Notes: generated by a model not told the origin, from the letters alone. DNA of 51,813 nt from an uncultured Sphingobacterium sp. (GCA_964508355.1 CAZDTN010000001.1:1-51813); one strand, 5' to 3'; counted from the first letter of the stretch, positions 30,341-40,981 are shown. Numbers and translations are program-made.

Positions 30341-31779
30341 AGTTTCCCTTTAATGAACTGTGCTAAGCCATCAATTGGAATTCGCTCTTGTTGCATGGTA
30401 TCGCGGTAACGAATGGTAACTGTTCTATCTTCCTTTGTCTGATGATCAATTGTAACACAGAAAGGTGTACCCAATGCATCCATTCTTCTGTAACGCTTAC
30501 CAATTGTATCCTTCTCTTCATAGAAACAATAAAACTCGTTTCTGCAACTCGCCATAATTTCTTTTGCAATTTCTGGCAATCCCTCTTTCTTCAATAATGG
30601 CAAAACCGCAAGTTTAATCGGTGCAATTTTTGCAGGTATTTTTAGAACAACACGACTGTCTTCACTACCATCTTCTTTGTTCCATTTTTCTTCTTGATAA
30701 GCATGACACAAAGTGAGCAAGAACATCCTATCAAGGCCGATTGAGGTTTCAATCACATAAGGAACATAGTTCTGGTTGATTTCTGGATCAAAATATTGCA
30801 GTTTCTTACCACTGTATTGCTGATGACTTTTTAAATCGAAATCTGTTCTACTGTGAATACCTTCCACTTCTTTCCATCCTATTGGGAAAGCAAACTCAAT
30901 ATCTACAGCAGCATCGGCATAATGTGCCAATTTCACATGATCATGATATCGATAGCTGTCAGCTGGAAATCCAAGTGAAGTATGCCATCTCATCCGTTCT
31001 TCTTTCCAATAAGCATACCATTCTTGTTGAGTACCAGGTCTAACAAAGAACTGCATTTCCATCTGCTCAAATTCTCTCATTCTGAAAATGAACTGGCGTG
31101 CAACTATTTCATTTCTAAATGCCTTACCAACCTGTGCAATACCAAAAGGAATTTTCATTCTGGCTGTTTTTTGCACATTAAGGAAGTTCACAAATATTCC
31201 TTGAGCCGTCTCAGGTCTTAAATAAATTTCACTAGCTTCTTCAGCAACTGAACCTAGTTGCGTTGAAAACATAAGATTAAACTGACGCACATCTGTCCAG
31301 TTACATGTAGCACTCACACTACACTTCATCTTATGCTTTTCGATGAGCTCCTTCAATCCTACAAAATTATTGTCCGCCAACAAAGCATCCATCTGTTTCA
31401 ACAAAGCCTCGGCTTCAGCCTCCCTTCCTTCCTTCACCAATAAATCAGCTGTCGCCTCTATCAAATGATCAACCCTATATCTTTTTTTGGAATCCTTGTT
31501 GTCAATCATCGGGTCGCTGAAATTATCAACGTGCCCAGATGCTTTCCAGGTAGTGGGGTGCATAAAAATTGCTGCATCAATACCCACTATATTGTCATGC
31601 ATGCGGGTCATGGCATTCCACCAAGACTCTCTGATATTCTTCTTCAGCTCACTTCCCCAAGGTCCGTAATCATATACAGCACTCAAGCCATCATATATTT
31701 CACTGGATTGAAAAACAAATCCATACTCTTTGGCATGGGATATTATTGCCTGGAATTTATTATTATCATTGATTACCAT
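30337..31779 (-). CDS. glyS: Glycine--tRNA ligase, alpha2 type
   Basis: SSEIYDGL, YLRPETAQGIF, FRNEI..FIFRMREFEQME, IGKRYRRMD. ATG 31779 preferred. Confidence 0.97.
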   Translation of the reverse strand: MVINDNNKFQAIISHAKEYGFVFQSSEIYDGLSAVYDYGPWGSELKKNIRESWWNAMTRMHDNIVGIDAAIFMHPTTWKASGHVDNFSDPMIDNKDSKKRYRVDHLIEATADLLVKEGREAEAEALLKQMDALLADNNFVGLKELIEKHKMKCSVSATCNWTDVRQFNLMFSTQLGSVAEEASEIYLRPETAQGIFVNFLNVQKTARMKIPFGIAQVGKAFRNEIVARQFIFRMREFEQMEMQFFVRPGTQQEWYAYWKEERMRWHTSLGFPADSYRYHDHVKLAHYADAAVDIEFAFPIGWKEVEGIHSRTDFDLKSHQQYSGKKLQYFDPEINQNYVPYVIETSIGLDRMFLLTLCHAYQEEKWNKEDGSEDSRVVLKIPAKIAPIKLAVLPLLKKEGLPEIAKEIMASCRNEFYCFYEEKDTIGKRYRRMDALGTPFCVTIDHQTKEDRTVTIRYRDTMQQERIPIDGLAQFIKGKL

Positions 31780-31785
31780 AGGCCG

Positions 31786-31793
31786 CAAAGATA
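31786..31793 (-). promoter_or_regulatory. -7 element TATCTTTG of glyS
   Basis: Exact TAnnTTTG, 6 nt before ATG 31779. Confidence 0.7.
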
Positions 31794-31843
31794 ATAAATC
31801 AAGCTTATGGGTAAATCTGGAAATTGCCAGATCGAAAAACCAG

Positions 31844-32170
31844 TTATTTCAATTTTTCATTCTGTAGGTGCCTATCTGCATCTCTTGTGGTCTTTTTCAC
31901 CATGTTTTTTTGAAATGCCTCTGTAAGGTCAACACCAGTTTGATTAGCCAGACAAATCAAAACCCAGAGCACATCCGCCATTTCATCTGCAAGACCTTCA
32001 GGATTTTCGTCTTTTTTAAAGGATTGGTCACCATATTTCCTGGCCATGACACGGGCTAATTCGCCAACTTCCTCAGTTAGAATTGCCATGTTGGTCAATT
32101 CACTAAAATACCGGATACCGACTGTTTTGATCCAGTGGTCGACTTGATTTTGTGCTTCTTGCAGGGTCAT
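31844..32170 (-). CDS. MazG-like nucleotide pyrophosphohydrolase (YpjD-like)
   Basis: LTEEVGELAR...DEMADVL motif; 1-nt TAATG overlap with dtd. Confidence 0.9.
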   Translation of the reverse strand: MTLQEAQNQVDHWIKTVGIRYFSELTNMAILTEEVGELARVMARKYGDQSFKKDENPEGLADEMADVLWVLICLANQTGVDLTEAFQKNMVKKTTRDADRHLQNEKLK

Positions 32171-32622
32171 TACTCTTTGTTTTTCGTGTCAATAATAATG
32201 GTAACAGGACCATCATTGGTTAATGTAACTTTCATATCAGCTCCAAAAATTCCACAAGCAATCTGATTGCCTAAATCCAGCACCAATTGCTGTTTTAGTT
32301 GTTCATATATGGGTATTGCCTTTTCAGGCCTTGCAGCTTTAATATATGATGGCCTATTCCCTTTTTTAGTGGAAGCATGAAGGGTAAACTGACTTACCAG
32401 CAACAGTTCCCCTCGGATGTCTTTTAGGGATAAATTCATAACATCAGATTCATCATTAAAAATGCGCAGCTGAACTAGTTTCTGTGAAATCCATTGAATA
32501 TCCTCCATAGTATCTGCATCTTCAATACCTACCAGAACAAGCATGCCTTTACCGATAATACCCACATGAGCACCGTTAACTTCAACAGCTGCACTAGAAA
32601 CCCTTTGAACTACAACACGCAT
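32170..32622 (-). CDS. dtd: D-aminoacyl-tRNA deacylase
   Basis: MRVVVQRV, SQFTL, KGNRPS, NDGPVT. Confidence 0.97.
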   Translation of the reverse strand: MRVVVQRVSSAAVEVNGAHVGIIGKGMLVLVGIEDADTMEDIQWISQKLVQLRIFNDESDVMNLSLKDIRGELLLVSQFTLHASTKKGNRPSYIKAARPEKAIPIYEQLKQQLVLDLGNQIACGIFGADMKVTLTNDGPVTIIIDTKNKE

Positions 32623-32690
32623 GATTCAAGATTAATAGGTGTAAAAATAGGAAATGAGCACTTACTTACACAAAGACATTACATATGCCT

Positions 32691-32698
32691 TATTTTTG
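32691..32698 (+). promoter_or_regulatory. -7 element TATTTTTG
   Basis: Exact TAnnTTTG, 15 nt before TTG 32714. Confidence 0.55.
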
Positions 32699-32713
32699 AA
32701 AAAAGAATAGGCA

Positions 32714-34219
32714 TTGGCAGCCATAAGACAACTTGCAAATCAGACAGTTTGGTACGGACTTAGCAATATTGTGGGTCGATTTATCAATTACCTGCTTACT
32801 CCCATCCTTACCTATATTTATGCCTCTGCAGATTACGGGGATATCTCCATCTTATTTGCAACAGCTGCATTTTTAAATATCATTTTCACCTATGGCATGG
32901 AAACCTCTTTTTTCAGGTTTACCCAGATGGAGCCCCCTCAAAAAGTATTTAATACAGCATTGAGTATGCTATTGATGACAACGGCACTATTTACACTAAT
33001 ACTGATATTGCCAATTCAATTCATCGCAGATACCATGAAATTGAGCAGTCATCCTGAATGGCTTGTATATGTAATTTTAATAGTTGCACTTGATACAATC
33101 GCGGTACTTCCTTTTTCAAAACTGCGACAAGATGGAAAACCAAGGAAATTTGCTTTCATAAAGCTCTTGAACATCTTGATCAATATGTTTTTCGTCATTT
33201 TTTTTCTATACTTATGTAAATCAGATTACGAAGCAGGAAAACAAACTCTTTTTTCAACTTTATATAATCCGAACATTGGAATTGGCTATGTTTTTATCGC
33301 CAATTTGATTGCTTCATTTTCGACTTTGCTATTGCTACTAAGTGAATTTTCGGGTTTTCATTTTCAAATAGATCGAAAATTATTGAAAGAAATCTTTATC
33401 TATTCTACGCCGCTTATTATTGTAGGATTTGGTGGTATCATCAATGAAACAATCGACAGATTCATGATAGTGTACCACTATAACGGAACAATAAATGAGG
33501 CTAGATCTGCAAATGGGATTTACAGCGCTAATTATAAATTAGCTGTGCTCATCGTATTGTTTATCCAAACTTTCCGAATGGGGGCTGAACCTTTCTTTTT
33601 TAAACAGTCTTCAAAAGAAAATGCAAAGGAGACTTACGCGCGAGTGATGCATTTTTTCATTATTGTATGCTGTCTGTGCTTCTTAGGAGTTGTGCTTTTT
33701 CTGGACATCTGGAAACATTTTATGGGGATCGGAAAAAATCCCGAGTACATACAAGGCTTATTTATCGTACCAATTCTCATGTTAGCAAAAATATTTTTAG
33801 GCATATATTACAATCTTTCAGTTTGGTATAAACTGACCAATAAAACTACCTTTGGCGCAACAATTACCCTCATTGGGGCAGTACTGACCGTGTTAGTTAA
33901 TTTCTTATTAATTCCTCATCTCGGCTATCTAGCATGTGCAATTGCAACTGTTGTTTGCTATGGCAGTATGATGGTGATAAGTTATGTGCAAGGACAAAAA
34001 TATTACCCGATTCCCTATAATATTAATAAAGGATTCTTCTACATCATTTTTGCACTCATTTTATTTTCACTGCACTACTATTTGAGAGCACAGCAATTGA
34101 ATATATACCTCTTGCATAGCATTGGCATGTTGCTCCTAGTTGTGTTTACAGCAGTAGTGATTAAAAAGGAAAGAAATGAATTAATTAAAATTCCGATTTT
34201 ACAAAAAATATACAAGTAA
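32714..34219 (+). CDS. MOP-superfamily polysaccharide/lipid flippase
   Basis: Many TM segments, LANQTVWYGLS..GR, TYGMETSFFRF, GIYSANYKL. Confidence 0.85.
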   Translation: MAAIRQLANQTVWYGLSNIVGRFINYLLTPILTYIYASADYGDISILFATAAFLNIIFTYGMETSFFRFTQMEPPQKVFNTALSMLLMTTALFTLILILPIQFIADTMKLSSHPEWLVYVILIVALDTIAVLPFSKLRQDGKPRKFAFIKLLNILINMFFVIFFLYLCKSDYEAGKQTLFSTLYNPNIGIGYVFIANLIASFSTLLLLLSEFSGFHFQIDRKLLKEIFIYSTPLIIVGFGGIINETIDRFMIVYHYNGTINEARSANGIYSANYKLAVLIVLFIQTFRMGAEPFFFKQSSKENAKETYARVMHFFIIVCCLCFLGVVLFLDIWKHFMGIGKNPEYIQGLFIVPILMLAKIFLGIYYNLSVWYKLTNKTTFGATITLIGAVLTVLVNFLLIPHLGYLACAIATVVCYGSMMVISYVQGQKYYPIPYNINKGFFYIIFALILFSLHYYLRAQQLNIYLLHSIGMLLLVVFTAVVIKKERNELIKIPILQKIYK

Positions 34220-34225
34220 ACAGAA

Positions 34226-34867
34226 TTAGCCTTTTACAAAAGGATTGTATTTTTTTTCATGTCCAATTGATGTTGGTAGTCCATGACCTGAATAAACAAT
34301 AGTTTCATCCGGCAATCTATACAGTTTTGTGAGTATGCTGTTCACCAGAATATCCGGATTTGCCCCTGGCAAATCCGTTCTTCCAACACTCTCTTTAAAC
34401 AGTACATCACCAGCAATTAAAAAACCTGATTCAGGAAAATAAAAACTTATACTTGCCGGGGAATGGCCAGGGGTCTCTAAAATTTGTACCCTTTCACCGC
34501 CAAAATCAAATGAAGATTCTGCTGCAATTGTCTCCAAGGGACCATTATAATTGTCAAATGGAAGATTCCACATGAGGCCTGTTTCTGAAGCACGATCCAA
34601 AACTTTTTTCTCCCCTTCATGAATATGCAAAAACAAACCATATTGCTCATGGATAAACTTATTCCCAAAAACATGGTCCAAATGGCAATGTGTATTCCAT
34701 AACTGAACTGGAAACAGTGCATTTTTATTGATAAAATCAACCAAAAGATCTTTTTCATGATCAAAATAACAGCCAGGGTCGAAAATCAGGCAGTTTTTTT
34801 GATTATCATATACCAGATAGGTGTTCTCCTGTAGCGGATTAAATTGAAAAATTTTAACGTTTAACAT
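34226..34867 (-). CDS. MBL-fold metallo-hydrolase (glyoxalase II/YcbL-like)
   Basis: THCHLDH, TPGHS, GDVLF..GRTD, GHG. ATG 34867 preferred. Confidence 0.92.
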   Translation of the reverse strand: MLNVKIFQFNPLQENTYLVYDNQKNCLIFDPGCYFDHEKDLLVDFINKNALFPVQLWNTHCHLDHVFGNKFIHEQYGLFLHIHEGEKKVLDRASETGLMWNLPFDNYNGPLETIAAESSFDFGGERVQILETPGHSPASISFYFPESGFLIAGDVLFKESVGRTDLPGANPDILVNSILTKLYRLPDETIVYSGHGLPTSIGHEKKYNPFVKG

Positions 34868-34941
34868 TGGCAAAGATTCTTATTGAAATACGTTAATTTT
34901 AAGTCACACAAAGGTACCCAATCAATTTGAATTAGCCTTTC

Positions 34942-37900
34942 ATGAAAAATCTTGCATTCGCCCTCTTTGCTATCCTGATATTTAGCCTTAATGCAAAAGG
35001 ACAAGTAAGTGCTGTGGAGTTTGGGAAAAATAGAGTACAGTATAAAAAAATAAAGTGGAAATATTACCAAACCAGAAACTTTAATACTTACTACCACGAA
35101 GGTGGATTGGCATTGGGTAAATTCGTTGCTCAAGTCGCAGAAGAAGAATTAGGATCAATTGAAGAATTTGTTGAATATGGTCTTCAACGTAGAGCAAACA
35201 TTGTTGTTTATAATAGTTTTGAAGAATATAAACAATCAAATATTGGCATAGGAATTGATTGGCAAAATACAGGGGGCGTTACCAAAATGGTAAACAACAA
35301 AATAATACTTTTTCACGATGGTAATTTAAATAACCTAAAGATTAAAATCAGACAAGGAATCGCAAAAATATTAGTTGAAAATCTTCTATTTGGCGAAGAT
35401 CTAGGTGAATTTGCAAGCAATCAAGCTTTACTTGATCTCCCAAAATGGCTAACTGATGGCTATATTTCCTATGTTGGTGAAAATTGGAGCACAAAGTTAG
35501 ATGATCAATTGAAGTCTGCATTGCTATCAGGTAAATATGAAACATTTTACCAGTTTGCTTTTTTGGAACCTCAATTAGCTGGTCATGCTTTTTGGAGATT
35601 TATTGGAGAAAAATATCAAAGAGACAATATCACCTATTTTCTTTATTTATCAAGAATTTATAAAAGCCTTAATGCAGCGAGTCTTAAAGTGACAAAGCAG
35701 AAGTTCAAAGACTTGCTCATTGAATTTATGGAGGTAGAAGCTGATAAATACCTAGCTGAAACTCGCGGACGTAGAAATCTACCCAAAGGAAATATAGTAG
35801 CAATTGAAGAAAAAAATACTAGAGAGGATTTTTATAACTTCCAAGCTAACCCCATCCCTAGGAACTCTAGTTATGCAATGGTCCATTATAAAAAGGGGAT
35901 TTACAGAATAGTATTTGAAGATTTTTCTGAAAAACGAAAAATACTCTTAAAGGCTGGAATATTAAACCTCCAAGAAGAATTAAATCCAAACTATCCAATA
36001 ATTGCTTGGGATGCTAAGGGGTCGCATCTACTTTGCATCTACACAGAATCAGGAAAAATAAAAATGTTCGTCTATGATGTCATAGCCAGAATAAAAATAA
36101 ACAAACAAGTTTTAGACGAATTTCAATTGATTCAAGATGCTAAATACATGCTTGATAACAATACGTTGATTTTGAGTGCTGTCAAAAATGGACAAACAGA
36201 TATTTTTACATATAAAATAAATGAACAAAAAATTGATCAGATCACAAATGACATCTACGATGATTTAGATCCTTCATTTGCAGCCTTCCCAAATAAAAAT
36301 GGAATTCTATTTGCATCTAATAGACCCTCTGCAAATGCAAGTAAAGCAGATACAGCAATACCATCAAGAAACAACTTTAATATTTTCATGGTTGACAATT
36401 GGACCAAAAGTGAGTTCAGACAAATCACCATGTTGACCAATCAGCCTTTGGGTCAAGCCCGTTACCCTTTGCAATACAATGTGAACCATTTTACATTTGT
36501 AAGCGACGCCAATGGCATTGGTAATCGATATGCAGGATTTTTTAGTACAAAAAGAGCTGGACTAGATACAATCTACAGGATTGGCGATCAACTGCTTAGA
36601 AACCCCGATAGAATAGAACTAGATTCCACCCTTAAAGCCTGGGAGAAGCAAACCCCTGATTCTATAGCTTACATTTCTTTAACAGCTGACAGTACCTATA
36701 CATTCCCGATTACAAATTACCAAAGCAGCCTTCAAGAAACAAGAGGATCAGGAGATAACAACCAGGTTAGTGAAGTTCGACAAGAAGGAGATTTGAAATT
36801 ATTGTATAAACTCAAAATCAATGAGACCGCCTTACTCAAAAGGAATGTTACTGTAAAGCCAACTTCTTATATGAAGGAAGTTCTAGAAAATCAACAAAGA
36901 GAAAAAATAAATCAGGACTTCATAAATGACCAATTCATCAAAGATAGAAATCAAAAATCAACTACATTTTTTCAAACTGAATTTGATAATGATAGTACTG
37001 CCAATCTAAAATCACAGGTTAACGAAACACTAAAATCACCTTCCAATAGTATTTTATCCAAAGCCCGATTATTTGACTACAAGTTAAAATTTGCATCTGA
37101 TTATGTGGTTACCGGCTTCAACAATACGGTAATGATGAATAGGCTTCAACCTTATGGCTTTGGCTCTGGACCAATTTTTCTAAACTTCAATAATGGAGGA
37201 GGCGGCATTTTAGGCAGTTTTAACAATATGACCGGTATAGCAAGAATGGGTATATCAGATTTAATGGAAGACCAAAAATTCATTGGAGGTTTTAGACTTG
37301 CACTAAACTTAAAAGACAATGACTATTTTGCTTCTTATCAAAATAAAAAAGGAAGATTCGATTGGGGTTTAACTTATTTTAGAAGCAATACAGAACAGTT
37401 TGATATATTCAAAAAGGGAACTTTTTATGCAGATTTAGCCAATAAGTTAAAATCAAACCTTTACCAATTCAATTTGAGCTATCCCTTTGATGAAACAAAA
37501 AGTATAAGATTTTCATTAGGCTATAGAACAGACAGGGTTGTATTTCCAGCGATAGGAAATTTTGACACCTCCCTTGTTATTCCCGATACATTATTCCAAT
37601 ACTCTATAAACAGAATAGAATACGTATATGACAACACCATTGCCAAAACCTTGAATATTTGGAATGGCCTCAGATATAAAATATATACTGATATAAATAC
37701 ACGATTGGCAAGTACCAGAAATACAGGAAAATTTATGTTTAATGTGGGTGGTGACCTTCGTTATTATTTTCCTATTTATCGAAATTTTATATGGGCTGGT
37801 AGAGCAGCTGCAGATTTTTCATTTGGTACAGAAAAAATCATTTATTATTTGGGAGGTACTGACGGCTGGCTTAATCCTAAATTCAATACAGCTAACAGAC

Positions 37901-38331
37901 CTGATAATGATGTCGACTATGCATTTCAAACACTTTCCGTCAATTTGAGAGGCTACAAACAAAATATTGCAAATGGCAACAACACAATTGTTATCAATTC
38001 TGAATTTAGATTGCCTTTATTTGCCACTTTTTCAAATCGCCCTATAAATAATGCCTTGATTCGTAATTTTCAATTGGTTCAATTCTTTGATTTTGGATCA
38101 GCATGGAATGGAAAATTTGATAACCTAAAAAGACCTTACATCACATATGGCAATCCTCCTCTACAAGTACGAGTTAAAACAGGAGGTATTGGTCCACTTA
38201 TTGGCGGATATGGTTTTGGAGCACGAAGCACATTACTAGGCTATTTTTTAAGAGTGGATGCCGGCTGGCCAATGAATAGGTTCTTTAGTGGAAAACCAAT
38301 GTGGTATTTTTCTTTGGGTCTCGACTTCTAA
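34942..38331 (+). CDS. Omp85-superfamily outer-membrane protein with peptidase-like and PD40/WD40-like N-terminal domains
   Basis: Signal peptide, FGKNRVQY, LPKWLTDG, PD40-like ILFASNRP/FVSDANG, loop-6-like LRGY, beta-signal SLGLDF. Confidence 0.72.
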   Translation: MKNLAFALFAILIFSLNAKGQVSAVEFGKNRVQYKKIKWKYYQTRNFNTYYHEGGLALGKFVAQVAEEELGSIEEFVEYGLQRRANIVVYNSFEEYKQSNIGIGIDWQNTGGVTKMVNNKIILFHDGNLNNLKIKIRQGIAKILVENLLFGEDLGEFASNQALLDLPKWLTDGYISYVGENWSTKLDDQLKSALLSGKYETFYQFAFLEPQLAGHAFWRFIGEKYQRDNITYFLYLSRIYKSLNAASLKVTKQKFKDLLIEFMEVEADKYLAETRGRRNLPKGNIVAIEEKNTREDFYNFQANPIPRNSSYAMVHYKKGIYRIVFEDFSEKRKILLKAGILNLQEELNPNYPIIAWDAKGSHLLCIYTESGKIKMFVYDVIARIKINKQVLDEFQLIQDAKYMLDNNTLILSAVKNGQTDIFTYKINEQKIDQITNDIYDDLDPSFAAFPNKNGILFASNRPSANASKADTAIPSRNNFNIFMVDNWTKSEFRQITMLTNQPLGQARYPLQYNVNHFTFVSDANGIGNRYAGFFSTKRAGLDTIYRIGDQLLRNPDRIELDSTLKAWEKQTPDSIAYISLTADSTYTFPITNYQSSLQETRGSGDNNQVSEVRQEGDLKLLYKLKINETALLKRNVTVKPTSYMKEVLENQQREKINQDFINDQFIKDRNQKSTTFFQTEFDNDSTANLKSQVNETLKSPSNSILSKARLFDYKLKFASDYVVTGFNNTVMMNRLQPYGFGSGPIFLNFNNGGGGILGSFNNMTGIARMGISDLMEDQKFIGGFRLALNLKDNDYFASYQNKKGRFDWGLTYFRSNTEQFDIFKKGTFYADLANKLKSNLYQFNLSYPFDETKSIRFSLGYRTDRVVFPAIGNFDTSLVIPDTLFQYSINRIEYVYDNTIAKTLNIWNGLRYKIYTDINTRLASTRNTGKFMFNVGGDLRYYFPIYRNFIWAGRAAADFSFGTEKIIYYLGGTDGWLNPKFNTANRPDNDVDYAFQTLSVNLRGYKQNIANGNNTIVINSEFRLPLFATFSNRPINNALIRNFQLVQFFDFGSAWNGKFDNLKRPYITYGNPPLQVRVKTGGIGPLIGGYGFGARSTLLGYFLRVDAGWPMNRFFSGKPMWYFSLGLDF

Positions 38332-38332
38332 T

Positions 38333-38854
38333 CTATTTTTTAGAGAGAGCAGCACCATATTTAAGTTCTCTCAATTTCAAAGTATATCCACCTCGCCCGT
38401 TCTTGCTTGATAAATAGACAACAAAAAGGTTATCATATTCATTATCAGGTATTTCCTTTTTTGAAGGACGCAAATCTAATTCCTCAATCATTTTTAAAAC
38501 TGTATTGCTGTGGCCGACCACCAAAGCATTTTCACCAGATTCCAGTACTCGGTATAAAAATTTTGGCATGGTATCATGAGTATAATATTCGATGGGGACT
38601 GATATGAACTCAGATAAAGGTTTAGCAGTTGATACAGTCCTTTTTGTCTGTGTTGAATAAATATGCCTGATTTTCTTTCCACGCAATACTTTTTCCAAAT
38701 CCCTAGCTCTTTGTTCTCCTTCAGGCGTTAACGGAGGATCTGTTTTGGTCGCAGTAGATTTTTCTGCATGCCGCACAAAAAATATTTTGGCACTACTACA
38801 GGAATAACATGAAAAAACCAGAATAGCCAAAAGCGCAGATAGAAAGAATTTCAT
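38333..38854 (-). CDS. Histidine phosphatase superfamily (SixA/PGM-like) exported protein
   Basis: VRHAEK, LTPEGEQRA, LVVGHSNT; N-terminal signal. Confidence 0.88.
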   Translation of the reverse strand: MKFFLSALLAILVFSCYSCSSAKIFFVRHAEKSTATKTDPPLTPEGEQRARDLEKVLRGKKIRHIYSTQTKRTVSTAKPLSEFISVPIEYYTHDTMPKFLYRVLESGENALVVGHSNTVLKMIEELDLRPSKKEIPDNEYDNLFVVYLSSKNGRGGYTLKLRELKYGAALSKK

Positions 38855-38986
38855 ACGAACTTTTATTTTGATCTAAGTTACAATAATTGACCATTAATTA
38901 GTGATGATAATACCTGATACCTCAGTCCAAATCACCCGCATCAATCATCTATTTATAATGAAATTTAGGATTTAGTAAAACTACTT

Positions 38987-40981
38987 TTGTTTGCGCGTTA
39001 TCCATTTCTGAGAATATTGACTCCATTCATCATTGGAATACTGGCTTCGAATGACACTACACTAGCATTGATTTCATGGGTAATTTTATTTTGGATTGTC
39101 CTTGTACTGCTTGAAAAATTCGGCTTACTCAGTAAATGGAAAAACAGAATCATAGCGGGAATTCTCATTCAGCTTTTACTTTTTGGCGTAGGTTTTTTCT
39201 GCAGATTTAGCAATAAAGACATAAAGAATGATATCAGTAATGAAACCAGTAAGCTGGTACATTTACAAAAACTTGATAAATCAGGTAAAGTATATGAACG
39301 ATATATATCAACCGTTTATTTCAAGAAAAGGGATTTGAAATGGGAGAAAATACGTTGCTATGTTTACATCAGTTCAAAAATCCACAATATACATTCCGGA
39401 GTAATTTTCGTTACAATTAACCAACCCCAAAAAATTAAGCAGCTTTACAACCCTGGTGGTTTTGATTTTGCAACATATGCCGAACAAAAACAGATATATT
39501 ATACCTTATACATCAATAACGATAGAGAATTTATAAAATTTTCCTACAAAAAAAATAACCGACTTTATTTACTCGAAGAAATTCGAAAATGGATTATACA
39601 TACACTTCAAGTTAACATCAGGAGCCCAACAGAAGCAGCACTTACTGAAGCGCTATTAATTGGTTATAAAGAAGATCTCGACAAAACTCTTCAAGAACAA
39701 TATACCGTGACTGGTGTATCGCACATCATTGCTGTATCTGGGATGCACCTAGGATTAATCTTTTATGTCTTAACAGTATTTATTGGATCATTTACAAATA
39801 AAAAAACTGGTAGATTGATTGGCCTATGTTTTATTCTTCCATTATTATGGGCATTTGCATTAATTACAGGGGCTTCAGCATCGGTTCTTAGAAGTGTAGT
39901 AGTTTTTACAATCATGTTATTCGGCAACGCAATGCTTAAAAAAGCAGAAAGTATAAATACACTATTAGCCTCTGCATTTTTTTTGCTTGTTGCTGAACCT
40001 GGAATGATTAAGGATATTGGTTTTCAATTGAGCTATACTGCAGTTTTATCAATAATCATTTTTGAACCAATAGTTTCAAAATGGTTGTATATAAAAAATA
40101 AAATTCTCAATTATTTGTGGAATATGATAGCAATAACAGTCGCTGCCCAAATACTTACTACGCCGGTTGTTTTATATCATTTTCAACAATTTCCTGTTCT
40201 GTTCTTGTTGACCAATCTCATTGCCGTGCCTTTATCAAGTTTAGTTTTACTACTTGCCATTGGTGTCTGCCTACTCAGTCTTGCAAATTTACCTACAAGT
40301 CTACTGGCTGAAATAATTCATATCTGTCTGACTGGCATGAATACCTATATTGGAAAAATGGCAACAATACCATTCAATAGTTTACAAATTTCCATTTCTA
40401 TATCAACAATGATATTATGCTATGTTTTGATAGCAATTTCAACGATAACATTTACAAGCAAAAAAATAGGCTCAATTTTTCCTTTAGTTGCCATTATGTT
40501 CGCACTGGGAGTTTCACATCATACGCATTCCATTGTTCGCTCATCAATTAAAAGAATAATGGTTTTGCACATAAAAAATGAAACATGCATTATTCACCAA
40601 CATGGAAGATCTGCACAAATCTATTGTTCGAAGACCTTATTCAATGATTCAGGTACTATGAACTCAAAATTAAACCAAATAAAAAAGCATTTAGGCGTTG
40701 AATCCATCCAAATGATCGGCTTTAAAAATCAACCAGCAGTTATTCGGATAAAAGCACCTAATTCTAAAAAAAATACTGTGATTATGCGTGCTACGGATAT
40801 TTCATTGGAACAGCTATTGCAGCTGGATACTCTTAAATTTTCTAACCCAATTGTAATTGCAGATGGATCAAATAAACTGTGGAAAATTAGGCAATGGGAA
40901 AAACAGGCACATGAACTACATTTGCGACTCTATTCGACCCAGGAAATGGGTGCTTTTATTTTGCCTTGCGAACACAAATAA
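38987..40981 (+). CDS. comEC: ComEC/Rec2 family competence protein
   Basis: NPGGFDF, GVSHIIAVSGMHLG, ASVLRS, DIGFQLSY, LTNLIAVP. Start uncertain. Confidence 0.88.
   Translation: MFARYPFLRILTPFIIGILASNDTTLALISWVILFWIVLVLLEKFGLLSKWKNRIIAGILIQLLLFGVGFFCRFSNKDIKNDISNETSKLVHLQKLDKSGKVYERYISTVYFKKRDLKWEKIRCYVYISSKIHNIHSGVIFVTINQPQKIKQLYNPGGFDFATYAEQKQIYYTLYINNDREFIKFSYKKNNRLYLLEEIRKWIIHTLQVNIRSPTEAALTEALLIGYKEDLDKTLQEQYTVTGVSHIIAVSGMHLGLIFYVLTVFIGSFTNKKTGRLIGLCFILPLLWAFALITGASASVLRSVVVFTIMLFGNAMLKKAESINTLLASAFFLLVAEPGMIKDIGFQLSYTAVLSIIIFEPIVSKWLYIKNKILNYLWNMIAITVAAQILTTPVVLYHFQQFPVLFLLTNLIAVPLSSLVLLLAIGVCLLSLANLPTSLLAEIIHICLTGMNTYIGKMATIPFNSLQISISISTMILCYVLIAISTITFTSKKIGSIFPLVAIMFALGVSHHTHSIVRSSIKRIMVLHIKNETCIIHQHGRSAQIYCSKTLFNDSGTMNSKLNQIKKHLGVESIQMIGFKNQPAVIRIKAPNSKKNTVIMRATDISLEQLLQLDTLKFSNPIVIADGSNKLWKIRQWEKQAHELHLRLYSTQEMGAFILPCEHK
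40917..40924 (+). promoter_or_regulatory. Candidate internal -7 element TACATTTG for purH
   Basis: Exact TAnnTTTG followed by C inside the comEC 3' end, 77 nt before the purH ATG. Confidence 0.45.

Noticed and set aside
38904-38975. 23-aa ORF upstream of comEC as a leader peptide
   Set aside because: No biased codons or attenuator structure; expected by chance.
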